NCBI GenBank assembly: GCA_963809895.1
Contig: CAWELD010000003.1
Span: 480,001 to 544,000 of the forward strand
Reading direction: 5' to 3'
DNA from: an uncultured Gemmatimonadales bacterium
Lineage (GTDB): Bacteria > Gemmatimonadota > Gemmatimonadetes > Longimicrobiales > Gaopeijiaceae
DNA length: 64,000 bases
This document shows positions 52,311 through 62,242 of this stretch, in pieces. The stretch's first letter is position 1. The number at the start of each line of letters is the position of its first letter. The position numbers and the translations under genes were made by a program. A model generated the notes under the pieces. The model did not search any database. It saw only the letters and a program-made list of their open reading frames with translations, and was not told the DNA's origin.

Positions 52311-53683
52311 CCGACGGCGGTTCGGGCCGGAGCGGGGGCGTGACGGCGTCGCCCGACCGGCTGGACCGTCCCTTCGAGGATCCGCTCTTCGATCGGCTCT
52401 TTCCTCCGCTGCCGGCGGGGGTGCACTGGGGGCTCGAGCGGGTGCGGGCCGCGCTGGAGGCGCTGGGCGACCCCCAGGATCGTGCCGCCGCGCTTCACGT
52501 CGGAGGCACCAACGGCAAGGGCTCGGTGGCCTCCACCTCGGCCTCGGTGCTGGGGATGGCGGGCCTGCGCGTGGGCCTCTACACCTCCCCTCACCTGTGC
52601 TCGGTGCGGGAGCGCTTCCAGGTGGGCGGCGCGCCCATCGCCGAGGACGCGCTCATCGGCTACGCCGACGAGATCCGGCCGGTGGTGCGGGAGTACGGTC
52701 TCACCTTCTTCGAGGCCGCCACGGTGCTGGCCTTCCACGCGTTCTACCGCGAGGAGGTGGACGTCCAGGTCGTGGAAGTGGGGCTCGGCGGACGGCTGGA
52801 CGCCACCAACGTGCTGCGGCCCGTGGCGTGCGCCATCACCAACGTGGCCCTGGACCACGCCGAGTTCCTGGGCGACACGCTGGAGGCCATCGCCGGCGAG
52901 AAGGCCGGCATTCTCAAGTCGGGCGTGCCGGCGGTGACCGCGGAGACCGATACGTCCATCCTGGCGGTGTTCCGCCGGGTGGCCGCCGAGGTGGGGGCGC
53001 CGCTCTCCACGCTGGATCCCGCCCGTGATCTGGGCGACGTGGAGGTGGCCCGCGACCACACCGCCTTCACCCTGGACACCCGGGCCTGGGGCGAGCTCCG
53101 GCTGCGCACGCCGCTGGTCGGGCGCCACCAGGCCGTCAACGCGGCGCTGGCGGTGGAGCTTCTGGAGCACCTGCCCGAGCGCGTGAGACCGTCGGCCGAC
53201 GAGGTGCGCCGCGGGGTGGCCGGGGTGCGCTGGCCGGGTCGCGATCAGATCGAGGTCGTGGACGGCGGCACCTGGCTCTTCGACGTGGCCCACAACATCG
53301 CCGGCATCCAGTCCCTGGTATCGGTGCTGGATCGCCTCGATCTGCCCGGGCCCCGGGTCGGGCTGGTGGGCGTGCTGGGCGACAAGGACTGGCGAGCCAT
53401 GCTGCCCCCGCTGCTGGAGCGGCTGGACCACGCCGTATTCACGCAGCCCACCTCGGCGCCTGAGGCCCGTCGCTGGGATCCCGGCGAGGCCGTGGAAGCG
53501 GTGAGCCGGCTCGCGGGGGGAGCCCCCTGCGGCCTGACGCGGGAGGCGGACTTCGAGACGGCGCTCGCCGAGGCGCGGCGCCGGGCCGGCGACGGCACGG
53601 TGGTGGTGACCGGTTCCTGTCACACCGTGGGCGACGCCCTGGCCGCCCTGGGTCGGGTTCCATTCGACGGAGCGTCGGCCTAG
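52307..53683 (+). CDS. folC: folylpolyglutamate / dihydrofolate synthase
   Basis: HVGGTNGKGS, YTSPHL, EVGLGGRLDATN, WPGR, DVAHN. Confidence 0.95.
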   Translation: MTDGGSGRSGGVTASPDRLDRPFEDPLFDRLFPPLPAGVHWGLERVRAALEALGDPQDRAAALHVGGTNGKGSVASTSASVLGMAGLRVGLYTSPHLCSVRERFQVGGAPIAEDALIGYADEIRPVVREYGLTFFEAATVLAFHAFYREEVDVQVVEVGLGGRLDATNVLRPVACAITNVALDHAEFLGDTLEAIAGEKAGILKSGVPAVTAETDTSILAVFRRVAAEVGAPLSTLDPARDLGDVEVARDHTAFTLDTRAWGELRLRTPLVGRHQAVNAALAVELLEHLPERVRPSADEVRRGVAGVRWPGRDQIEVVDGGTWLFDVAHNIAGIQSLVSVLDRLDLPGPRVGLVGVLGDKDWRAMLPPLLERLDHAVFTQPTSAPEARRWDPGEAVEAVSRLAGGAPCGLTREADFETALAEARRRAGDGTVVVTGSCHTVGDALAALGRVPFDGASA

Positions 53684-53693
53684 ATTCGCCGCT

Positions 53694-54983
53694 ATGGCCG
53701 CTTCTGAATTCTCGCGGCTGCCGGGCTTTCGGGACTTCGTTCCCGAAGACATGGCAGTCCGCTCGCACATCTTCGATGCCTGGCGCCGGGTCTCCCGGCG
53801 CTACGGCTTTCTGGAGTACGACGGACCCCCGCTCGAGCCGCTGGAGCTCTACGTGGAGAAGAGCGGCGAGGAGATCGTCGGGCAACTCTACAACTTCACG
53901 GACAAGGGGGACCGGGAGATCTCGCTCCGCCCCGAGATGACGCCCTCGCTGGCCCGCATCCTGGGGGAGCGCAGCCGCTCCATGCCCAAGCCCATCCGCT
54001 GGTTCAGCATCCCCCAGCTCTTTCGCTACGAGCGGCAGCAGCGGGGGCGGCTCCGGGAGCACTTCCAGTGGAACGTGGACATCGTGGGCGAGGACGGGGT
54101 GGCGGCGGACGCCGAGGTGCTGGCGGTGGCGCTGGACGCCATGCGCGAGCTGGGCCTGGGTGCCGACGACGTGCGGGCCCGGGTGTCGGACCGGCGGCTC
54201 CTGGCGGCCGTGCTCGACCGGGTGGGGGTCGCCGAAGACGCCCGGGTGGCGGCCTTCGCGGTGGTGGACAAGCTGGAGCGGGAGAGCCGGGAGCGCTCGC
54301 TCGAGCGGCTCCAGGCCGAGGCCGGTGTCGACGCGGCCACCGCCGAGGGCATCCTGGCCCTCTTCGACGCGCCGGGGCTCGAGGCCGTGCGGGAGCGCTT
54401 CGGCGACGACGATCTGGTGGCCGGCGAGCTGGCGCGGCTGGACGACTACCTGGCGATCCTCCAGGCCATGGGGCTCGGGGACTTCGTGGAGTTCGACCTC
54501 ACCATCGTGCGGGGACTGGCCTACTACACCGGGATCGTCTTCGAGCTCTTCGACGCCCGGGGCGAGCTACGGGCCATCTGCGGGGGCGGCCGCTACGACC
54601 GCCTCCTGGAGCTGGTGGGCGGGGAGCCCCTGGGCGCGGTGGGGTTCGGGATGGGCGACGTGGTCCTGGGCGAGCTGCTCCGCGAGCGCGGCCTGCTGCC
54701 CGACCTCAGCCGCCAGCTGGACTACTTCATCGTGGTCATCGGGGCCGAACAGCAGCCCGCGGCCCTGTCGCTGGCGCACGCGCTCCGGGACCGGGGCCAC
54801 TCGGTGGCGTACGCGCTCCGGGACCAGGCCGTGCGCAAACAGTTCAAGAACGCCGAGACCGAGGGCGCCCGGCGCGTGATCGTGCTGGGACCCGACGAGG
54901 CGGCGGCCGGAGAGGTGGTGGTGCGCGACATGGTGAGCGGCGATGAGACCCGCGTTGCGCAGGACCAGATCCGCAGCGGATGA
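53694..54983 (+). CDS. hisS: histidine--tRNA ligase
   Basis: LRPEMTPS, FRYERQQRGRLREHFQ, VRGLAYYTG, GGGRYD, GFGMG. Confidence 0.97.
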   Translation: MAASEFSRLPGFRDFVPEDMAVRSHIFDAWRRVSRRYGFLEYDGPPLEPLELYVEKSGEEIVGQLYNFTDKGDREISLRPEMTPSLARILGERSRSMPKPIRWFSIPQLFRYERQQRGRLREHFQWNVDIVGEDGVAADAEVLAVALDAMRELGLGADDVRARVSDRRLLAAVLDRVGVAEDARVAAFAVVDKLERESRERSLERLQAEAGVDAATAEGILALFDAPGLEAVRERFGDDDLVAGELARLDDYLAILQAMGLGDFVEFDLTIVRGLAYYTGIVFELFDARGELRAICGGGRYDRLLELVGGEPLGAVGFGMGDVVLGELLRERGLLPDLSRQLDYFIVVIGAEQQPAALSLAHALRDRGHSVAYALRDQAVRKQFKNAETEGARRVIVLGPDEAAAGEVVVRDMVSGDETRVAQDQIRSG

Positions 54984-55297
54984 CGCCGCGGCGGGCGGAC
55001 AGGAAAGCCGGAGGCGAGGCCATGGACCGGGCGATCGCCCGGCTCGGCATCCTGGAGACGCTCTTCCTGATGACGGCGGCCATCGCGGCGCTCCTGGCGG
55101 GGGCGCTGACGGCGTGGTTCGGCAAGGTGGCGCTGAGCTGGCCCTTCCGCACCGTGTGGTGGGTGAGTAGCCTCCTCTACTTCCTCGGGCCGGCCACCCT
55201 GGCGTGGCTGGGCTCCCGGCGCGAGGACGCCCGGCTCCGCGAGGCTCGGGCCCGACGACTCGAAGACGACGATTCCCGCGAGAACGGCGACGCGTGA
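54980..55297 (+). CDS. small 2-TM hypothetical membrane protein
   Basis: ATGA overlap with hisS, 1 nt before proS, two hydrophobic helices. Confidence 0.7.
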   Translation: MTPRRADRKAGGEAMDRAIARLGILETLFLMTAAIAALLAGALTAWFGKVALSWPFRTVWWVSSLLYFLGPATLAWLGSRREDARLREARARRLEDDDSRENGDA

Positions 55298-55298
55298 C

Positions 55299-56762
55299 AT
55301 GGCGGACGACAAGAAGCTGACGCCCAGGGGCGAGGATTTCGCGGCCTGGTACAACGACGTGGTGCTCCGAGCGGAGCTGGCCGACTACTCCCCGGTGCGT
55401 GGCAGCATGGTCATCCGGCCGTGGGGCTACGGCATCTGGGAGCGCATGCAGCGGGCCCTGGACGACATGTTCAAGGCCACGGGGCACGAGAACGCCTATT
55501 TCCCTCTCCTGATCCCCATGAGCTTCATCGAGCGGGAGAAGGAGCACGTGGAGGGATTCCGGCCCGAGCTGGCGGTGGTGACCCACGCCGGCGGCAAGGA
55601 GCTGGAGGAGCCGTTGGTGATCCGGCCCACCTCGGAGACCGTCATCCTGGAGATGTTCCGCAAGTGGGTGCAGTCGTACCGGGATCTGCCGCTGCTCATC
55701 AACCAGTGGGCCAACGTCATGCGCTGGGAGCTGCGCACGCGGCTCTTTCTGCGCACCTCCGAGTTCCTCTGGCAGGAGGGCCACACGGCCCACGCCACCG
55801 CCGAGGAGGCCGAGGAGGAGACCCGCCGCATGCTGGGCGTCTACCGGACCTTCATGGAGGAGTGGATCGCCATGCCGGTGGTGACGGGGCTCAAGACCGA
55901 GTCGGAGAAGTTCGCCGGTGCGGTGCGGAGCTACGCGCTGGAGGCGCTCATGCAGGACAACAAGGCGCTCCAGGCCGGCACCTCGCACTTCCTGGGGCAG
56001 AACTTCTCTCGTGCCGCCGAGTTCACCTTCCAGTCCGAAGAAGGCGCCCAGGAGTACGCGTGGAGTACCTCCTGGGGCGTGTCCACCCGGCTGGTGGGCG
56101 GGATGGTCATGACCCACGGCGACGACGCGGGGCTCGTGGTCCCGCCGCGACTCGCGCCGGTGCAGGTGGTGGTGGTGCCCATCTACCGGAACGACGACGA
56201 GCGCGCCGCCACGCTGGCCAAGGCCGATCAGGTGAAGGCCCACCTGACCGAGGCCGGGGTCCGGGTCAAGGTCGATGCCCGCGATCATCTGAACCCCGGC
56301 GCCAAGTACTACGAGTGGGAGCGCAAGGGCGTCCCGCTGCGGGTCGAGGTGGGCCCGAAGGACCTGGAGAAGGGCCAGCTCGCCCTGGCGCGGCGCGTGG
56401 TCCCCGAGGGTGACAAGCGCAAGGCCTTCCTGCCGGAGGCCGAGGCCCTGGCGTCGATTCCGGGGCGGCTCGACGATTTCCAGGCCGAGCTCTTTCAGAA
56501 GGCGCTCGCCCGCCGCGAGGCCAACTCGCATCGGGGCGTGGACGACTGGGGCGAGATGAAGGAGATCCTGGAGACCAAGGGCGGCTTCGTCTACACCGGA
56601 TGGTCCGGGGACCCCGCGGTGGAAGAGCGCGTCAAGAACGAGATGAAGGCCACGATCCGCGTGATCCCGGGCGAGGAGTTTCGTTCGGATCGGGCGCCCA
56701 CGCGCTGCATCTCCGGCGAGGGCGAGGCGAAGCACGAGGTGGTGTGGGCCAGAGCGTACTGA
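55299..56762 (+). CDS. proS: proline--tRNA ligase, archaeal/eukaryote-like type
   Basis: IRPTSET, QWANVMRWE..RLFLRTSEFLWQEGHT, QAGTSHFLGQNF, SWGVSTR, C-terminal ARAY; no insertion editing domain. Confidence 0.97.
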   Translation: MADDKKLTPRGEDFAAWYNDVVLRAELADYSPVRGSMVIRPWGYGIWERMQRALDDMFKATGHENAYFPLLIPMSFIEREKEHVEGFRPELAVVTHAGGKELEEPLVIRPTSETVILEMFRKWVQSYRDLPLLINQWANVMRWELRTRLFLRTSEFLWQEGHTAHATAEEAEEETRRMLGVYRTFMEEWIAMPVVTGLKTESEKFAGAVRSYALEALMQDNKALQAGTSHFLGQNFSRAAEFTFQSEEGAQEYAWSTSWGVSTRLVGGMVMTHGDDAGLVVPPRLAPVQVVVVPIYRNDDERAATLAKADQVKAHLTEAGVRVKVDARDHLNPGAKYYEWERKGVPLRVEVGPKDLEKGQLALARRVVPEGDKRKAFLPEAEALASIPGRLDDFQAELFQKALARREANSHRGVDDWGEMKEILETKGGFVYTGWSGDPAVEERVKNEMKATIRVIPGEEFRSDRAPTRCISGEGEAKHEVVWARAY

Positions 56763-58045
56763 CCACGCCGTTCCCCCGCGTGCGGGGGGTCCTGCGTTGC
56801 GGGCCCTTCGACCTCCGCGAGCTGGCGGACCGCTTCCGCACGCCGCTCTACGTGTACGCGCTGGACCACGTGGAGGCCCGCTTCCGGGCGTTCACCACCG
56901 CCTTCTCCGGGATCCCGCATCTGGTGGCGTACTCGGTGAAGGCCAACGCCAACCTGGCGCTGCTCCATCGTCTCGGGACGCTGGGCGCCGGCGCGGACAT
57001 CGTCAGCCGGGGTGAGCTGTTCCGTGCCCGGCGGGCGGGGATCCCCGGCGAGCGCATCGTCTTCGCCGGGGTGGCCAAGACCGAAGAGGAGATGGAGGCG
57101 GGTCTGGCCGAGGGCATTCTGGCCTTCAACGTGGAGAGCCGGGGCGAGCTGGAGCGCCTGGAGGCCGTGGCCCGGGGGCTGGACGTGACGGCGCCCTTCG
57201 CGGTGCGGGTCAATCCCGACATTCTCGCACCCACGCCGCACGAGTACACGCGCACCGGACACGGCGCCTCCAAGTTCGGCGTGCCCCCCGAGGAAGCGCT
57301 GGACCTGTACCGGTGGGCGCGCGGCCGGCGCCACCTGCGGGCCGTGGGCGTGGACCTGCACATCGGCTCCCAGATCTCCGAGGTGGAGCCGTACGTGGCG
57401 GCGCTGGACCGGGTGCTGGAGCAGGTGGTGCGCGCGCTCCCGAACGGGGGACGGGACCTGGACTTCCTGGACCTGGGCGGGGGCTACGCCGTGGCATACG
57501 GCGACGCCCGCGGCAGCCTGGACCTGGCGGCCTTGGCCGATGAGGTGGTCCACCGGGTGAGCGCCCTGGAGCTGCGGCTGATCCTGGAGCCGGGACGCTC
57601 GCTGGTGGGCGAAGCCGGCGTTCTCCTGACCCGGGTCCAGTACCTGAAGACGGCGGGCACCAAGACCTTCGTGGTGGTGGACGGCGGCATGACCGAGCTC
57701 ATCCGGCCCAGCCACTACGGTGGCTACCACGCCATCGAGCCCGTGGAGGCCCGCCCCGGGCGGCCGGTGGCGGTGGTCGACGTGGTGGGCCCCATCTGCG
57801 AGACCGGCGATTTCCTGGCCCGGGAGCGTCATCTGGCGCTGCCCGAGCCCGGGGACCTGCTGGCGGTCCACACCGCCGGCGCGTACGGCTTCGCCATGGC
57901 CTCCAACTACAACGCCCGTCGGCGCCCGGCCGAGGCGGTGGTGGAGGGCGATCAGGTCCACCTGGTCCGGGCTCGGGAGACGCTGGAGGACCTGGTGCGG
58001 GGGGAGTCCATCCCCTGGATCGACGAAGATGGCGGGGAGGCCTGA
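56744..58045 (+). CDS. lysA: diaminopimelate decarboxylase
   Basis: TPLYVY, YSVKAN (PLP Lys), HIGSQI, EPGRSLV, GPICETGD, GAYGFAMASNYN. Confidence 0.96.
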   Translation: MGQSVLTTPFPRVRGVLRCGPFDLRELADRFRTPLYVYALDHVEARFRAFTTAFSGIPHLVAYSVKANANLALLHRLGTLGAGADIVSRGELFRARRAGIPGERIVFAGVAKTEEEMEAGLAEGILAFNVESRGELERLEAVARGLDVTAPFAVRVNPDILAPTPHEYTRTGHGASKFGVPPEEALDLYRWARGRRHLRAVGVDLHIGSQISEVEPYVAALDRVLEQVVRALPNGGRDLDFLDLGGGYAVAYGDARGSLDLAALADEVVHRVSALELRLILEPGRSLVGEAGVLLTRVQYLKTAGTKTFVVVDGGMTELIRPSHYGGYHAIEPVEARPGRPVAVVDVVGPICETGDFLARERHLALPEPGDLLAVHTAGAYGFAMASNYNARRRPAEAVVEGDQVHLVRARETLEDLVRGESIPWIDEDGGEA

Positions 58046-58057
58046 CCCGCCGCGAGG

Positions 58058-58066
58058 TGCTATGAT
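58058..58066 (+). promoter_or_regulatory. extended -10 promoter of guaA
   Basis: TGC-TATGAT (TGn-TATnAT), about 55 nt before the ATG. Confidence 0.5.
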
Positions 58067-58119
58067 CGCGGCTCTCGCCCGAAGCGGGGCCGCCTTCCCA
58101 AACCACTGACGACGCGCAC

Positions 58120-59670
58120 ATGCACGAGCACGACCGCATCCTGATCCTGGACTTCGGCTCCCAGTTCACGCAGCTCATCGCCCGGCGGGTCCGCGAGGAG
58201 CGGGTCTACAGCGAAATCCATCCCGGCGACCGCGACCTGGAGTGGATCCGCGCATGGAAGCCCGACGGCATCATCCTGAGCGGCGGCCCGTCGTCGGTCT
58301 ACGACGAGGGCGTGCCCACCGCGGCTGCGGGCATCCTGGAGTTGGGCGTCCCGGTGCTGGGGATCTGCTACGGGATGCAGCTCATTGCCCGCATGGAGGG
58401 CGCCGGCGTGCTCCGGGGCAAGCGGGAGTACGGCCGGGCGGACCTGGAGGTGGGGGAGGGGGGAGGGCTCTTCGACGGCTTCGAGGCCGGCGAGCACACC
58501 CAGATCTGGTGCTCCCACGGCGACCACGTGGACACGCCTCCCGAGGGGTACCGGGTGCTGGCCTCCACCGGCTCGCTGCCCGTGGCGGCCTTCGCGGGCC
58601 GGGACGGGCGGGTGCTGGGCGTGCAGTTCCACCCCGAGGTGGCCCACACCGTCCGGGGCGACGAGATCCTGTCCAACTTCCTCTTCGAGATCTGCGGGTG
58701 CGAGCCGTCGTGGACCGCCGGCGCCTTCATCGACGAGACCGTGGCGGCGATCCGCCGGCAGGTGGGCGACGAGGCCACCGTCATCTGCGGGCTCTCCGGT
58801 GGCGTGGACTCGTCCGTGGCGGCCACCCTGGTGCACCGCGCGGTGGGCGACCGGCTCACCTGCATCTTCGTGGACAACGGCCTGCTACGTAAGGGAGAAC
58901 GTGAAGGCGTCGAGCGTACCTTCCGCAAGCACATGGGGATACGCCTGGTGGTCGCCGACGCCACGGACGCCTTTCTAGGTGCGCTGGAGGGCGTCACCGA
59001 CCCGGAGGAAAAGCGGCGCGCCATCGGCCGCGTCTTCATCGAGGTCTTCAACCGCACGGCCACCGACGAAGGGACCGGCGCCACGTTCCTGGTGCAGGGC
59101 ACGCTCTATCCCGACGTCATCGAGTCGGTGTCGGTGGGCGGCCCGTCGGTGACCATCAAGAGCCACCACAACGTGGGCGGGCTCCCCGACGACGTGCCCT
59201 TCGAGCTCATCGAGCCGCTCCGGGACCTCTTCAAGGACGAGGTGCGTCAGGTGGGCCGCGAGCTCGGGCTCCCCGAGGAGTTCATCGGCCGCCACCCCTT
59301 CCCGGGCCCCGGCCTGGGGATCCGCGTGCTGGGCGACATCACCCGGGAGCGGCTGGACGTGCTGCGCGAGGCCGACGCCATCTACCTGGAGGAGATCCGC
59401 GAGGCGGGCCTCTACGACGAGATCTGGCAGGCCTTCGCGGTCCTGCTCCCCGTGCGCTCGGTGGGCGTCATGGGTGACGCCCGCACCTACGACAACGTGG
59501 TGGCGCTCCGGGCCGTGACCTCCCGCGACGGCATGACCGCCGACTGGTACCCGTTCCCCCATGAGGTCCTGGGCCGCATCTCCACCCGCATCATCAACGA
59601 GGTGGAAGGCGTGAACCGCGTCACCTACGACGTGAGCTCGAAGCCGCCCGCGACCATCGAGTGGGAGTAG
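58120..59670 (+). CDS. guaA: GMP synthase (glutamine-hydrolysing)
   Basis: [53 protein letters not shown]. Confidence 0.98.
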   Translation: MHEHDRILILDFGSQFTQLIARRVREERVYSEIHPGDRDLEWIRAWKPDGIILSGGPSSVYDEGVPTAAAGILELGVPVLGICYGMQLIARMEGAGVLRGKREYGRADLEVGEGGGLFDGFEAGEHTQIWCSHGDHVDTPPEGYRVLASTGSLPVAAFAGRDGRVLGVQFHPEVAHTVRGDEILSNFLFEICGCEPSWTAGAFIDETVAAIRRQVGDEATVICGLSGGVDSSVAATLVHRAVGDRLTCIFVDNGLLRKGEREGVERTFRKHMGIRLVVADATDAFLGALEGVTDPEEKRRAIGRVFIEVFNRTATDEGTGATFLVQGTLYPDVIESVSVGGPSVTIKSHHNVGGLPDDVPFELIEPLRDLFKDEVRQVGRELGLPEEFIGRHPFPGPGLGIRVLGDITRERLDVLREADAIYLEEIREAGLYDEIWQAFAVLLPVRSVGVMGDARTYDNVVALRAVTSRDGMTADWYPFPHEVLGRISTRIINEVEGVNRVTYDVSSKPPATIEWE

Positions 59671-59754
59671 GGGCGGGCGCTACGGGTCGTTCGCGCCGTC
59701 TCGGATGGGCTCTGCGGCCGGTGATGGCGACGGCCGGGGGGGAGCCGCCTCGCG

Positions 59755-59932
59755 TGGGCTTCGCAGCCAGGGACGGTCGGAGCGCGGGCCGCCGGCTGCG
59801 AAGTCCATGACTATCCGGGTGTTCGCAGCCGCCGGCTGTGTGGCGACGGCCCGCGGCTGCAAAGGCCATGATAGTCATGGTGTTTGCATCCACCTCTCCG
59901 GGAACGGGCCATCGGTGGCTGCGAAGACCATG
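59755..59932. repeat. array of ~37-bp palindromic repeats with a 61-62 bp period (REP/BIME-like)
   Basis: GGCTGCGAAGTCCATGACTATCCGGGTGTTCGCAGCC (59794-59830), GGCTGCAAAGGCCATGATAGTCATGGTGTTTGCATCC (59855-59891), half-units ending at 59768 and starting at 59917; 24-25 bp spacers. Confidence 0.75.
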
Positions 59933-59949
59933 CGCGCGGCCCGTCGGCT

Positions 59950-60133
59950 ATCACCCAATATGCCGCCCACATGAGGTGTCGAGAGCTCAATCCGCCCCGG
60001 ATTGGGCAATAGTCCGCCACGATATCGCCCGGGCGGTGCGCTCGGGCCACGTGGGTTGCGGTGTGGGCAACTATTCGCCAATCCGTGGTCGAGCGTCGAT
60101 TGCAGGGGCGATGTGGGCTGCATTGTGAGCGAT
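59950..60133. repeat. nested imperfect inverted repeats (A-B..B'-A')
   Basis: ATCACCCAATATGCCGCCCACAT vs ATGTGGGCTGCATTGTGAGCGAT; GGATTGGGCAATAGTCCGCCAC vs GTGGGCAACTATTCGCCAATCC. Confidence 0.6.
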
Positions 60134-60202
60134 CCCTTGCCCGTGCGCCCTGGAACTGCGCGACGAGACCTCGTGAGCCGCGTCGCAGACGAGCCCGGCG
60201 GC

Positions 60203-61069
60203 TTACATCTCCATCAGCTCGAGCAGCACCAGCGACTCCACGCCGAACTCGCCGCGCTCCACACCGACGACGTAGCCCTCGCGGAAGCGGAGGCCTTCGA
60301 CACCGGGCGGGAGCTCGACCCAGCGCAGGGAGTCGTCGGCCAGTGACCAACGGGCCCAGCGCTCGCCCTTGTCCGGGTCCAGGATCCTGGGCCCGCCCTG
60401 GCGCATCCAGACATTGCCCTCTTCGTCGCCGACGACCCTGGTCCAGGCGGACCAGTGGTCGGGAGGAACGACCTCGATGGGCGCGCCCTCGGCTCCGGGC
60501 TCGATGTTCCAGCGGCGGTAGTACCAGGCGATGGCGGCCTTGTGCTCTGCTTCTGAAAGCGGGCGAACGGCACCGGGTAGAGTCTTGGTGCGAACGAGCG
60601 TCGGGCTGTCGCGCCCCACCTGATAGACCCGGCCTGTGGAGGTGGCACCGTCCACCCACACCACCAGCGAATCTCCCAGGACCCAGACGCCGCCGTCGGG
60701 GCCGAGGTTCCCACGAGGGCTCGTGTTGAGATGGAGGGAATCGTCCATAGGATGTCGCAACCAGGTCGGATTCCCATCGTAGGAGGCGAGGGTATCGACA
60801 GCATCCAAGGACCGCCACATCAGCAGGCTATAGCGGCTGACCGACCTGCTGGGATGACTCGCGCCCAGCAAGGTGTGTAGCCCCATCCACCAACCATACC
60901 GGGCCGGCCAGAGCCGTTCGATCCAGTAGACGCCGCCGCCCCGATTGAGAGGATCAGCGACGGTGCTGGTCCTTCCGTGTTGACCCATTGCGTCGAAGAC
61001 CGCGTAGCGTTTTAGGCCAAGGTCGTAGATCCGCAAGGAATCGTGGACGATGCTTACCGACAGTGGCAA
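60203..61069 (-). pseudogene. probable N-terminally truncated 6-bladed beta-propeller-type protein
   Basis: begins mid-blade (HDSLRIYDLGLKRYAVFDAMG); VVGDEEGNVWM and VVGVERGEFGVESLV tail; no signal peptide or RBS; more A/T-rich codons than its neighbours. Confidence 0.5.
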
Positions 61070-61098
61070 GGCATGCGGGGCGCGCCAGCCCGCCTCCC

Positions 61099-61500
61099 TC
61101 ACACCACCGCGTCGGCCTCGATCTCCACCAGCAGGTCTGGGTCGATGAGGCGGCGGACCTCCACCATGGTCGTCGTGGGTGGGAAGTCGCCGAAGACCTC
61201 TCCGTGGGCGCGGCCGATGTCCTGCCATCGCTCGATGTCGGTGACGAACATGCGGGTGCGGACGACCTTGTCCATGCCCACGCCGAGCTCGGCCAGCGCC
61301 CGGCGGATGATCTCCAGGCAGCGGCGGGTCTGCTCGTAGGGGTCGCCGGGGGCGTGGACGCTGCCGTCGTCGGCCACCGAGGCGGTGCCGGTGACGAATA
61401 CGCGCTCGCCGACCCGTAGGGCGCGGCAGTAGGCGACCCGCTCCTCCCACGGCGCGCCCGAGAACACCCTGGTGCGGCCGTTCTGCTCCGATCCTGGCAT
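61099..61500 (-). CDS. RidA/YjgF family protein
   Basis: SGAPWEERVAYCRA, VFVTGT, VVRTRMFVTDI, LLVEIEADA; AGGAGG RBS. Confidence 0.92.
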   Translation of the reverse strand: MPGSEQNGRTRVFSGAPWEERVAYCRALRVGERVFVTGTASVADDGSVHAPGDPYEQTRRCLEIIRRALAELGVGMDKVVRTRMFVTDIERWQDIGRAHGEVFGDFPPTTTMVEVRRLIDPDLLVEIEADAVV

Positions 61501-61597
61501 GGCGTCTGCATCCTCCTGCGGGCAACCGGGACGAGCCGCCGCCGACGCGGTGGCCGCCCCGGTCTGTTCATCGACCACGAAAGCGAAGGAGAATCCT

Positions 61598-62224
61598 ATG
61601 CGATGCACGCGCCTGCTGGCCACCGCGGCCGCGCTGGCTGCCCTGGCCATCCCCTCTCCCGGCGCGGCGCAGGTGGCCTGGGACGGACCCATGCTCATGG
61701 CGCCCGGCGCGCCCGCGGGCTGGGGATTCCACCTCGTCGACCCGGACTACGGCGGAGGGATCGGAGGACTGGTGACCTGGCGGCGGGCACCGGCGCCGGT
61801 GGGGATCGGCCTCCGCGCCGGGCTCTACGACGGGGTCGAGGAGGACCTCGCGTTCGCCGGCGGCCTGGACGTGTCCGGCGCCATCTACCGGGGCACAGGC
61901 GAGGTTCCCATGGACGCGATCTGGTTCGTGGGCGCCGGCCTGGGGGTGGAAAACGACATCCTCATGAGCTTCCCGGCCGGGATCTCACTGGGCTGGTCCG
62001 TGGTGGGCGACAACGTGGCGTTCCGGCCCTACGTGGCGCCCCGCATCGTCCTGGACGCGCTCCTGGACGACAACGACGACAACGATGCGCTGGACCTGGG
62101 CGCTGCGGTGGAAATCGGGCTCGACCTGGCCTTCGATCCCCGCTGGGCGATCCGGGCCGCGGGCTCCTTCGGCGATCGCGACGCGGTGTCCATCGGCTTC
62201 GTGCTCACGCCCGTGGGCCGCTGA
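61598..62224 (+). CDS. exported hypothetical protein, probable outer-membrane beta-barrel
   Basis: AAGGAG RBS; signal peptide GAA|Q; alternating hydrophobic beta strands with Gly and aromatic residues. Confidence 0.7.
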   Translation: MRCTRLLATAAALAALAIPSPGAAQVAWDGPMLMAPGAPAGWGFHLVDPDYGGGIGGLVTWRRAPAPVGIGLRAGLYDGVEEDLAFAGGLDVSGAIYRGTGEVPMDAIWFVGAGLGVENDILMSFPAGISLGWSVVGDNVAFRPYVAPRIVLDALLDDNDDNDALDLGAAVEIGLDLAFDPRWAIRAAGSFGDRDAVSIGFVLTPVGR

Positions 62225-62242
62225 AGCGGCGCACGGCGGCGC

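Noticed and set aside
59755..59932. CRISPR array
   Set aside because: Only two full units, which are degenerate with alternating core orientation; spacers are short; no leader or cas genes in the window. Reported as REP-like instead.
59670..61100. Prophage or genomic island integrated at guaA
   Set aside because: No integrase, phage gene or direct repeat of the guaA 3' end was seen.
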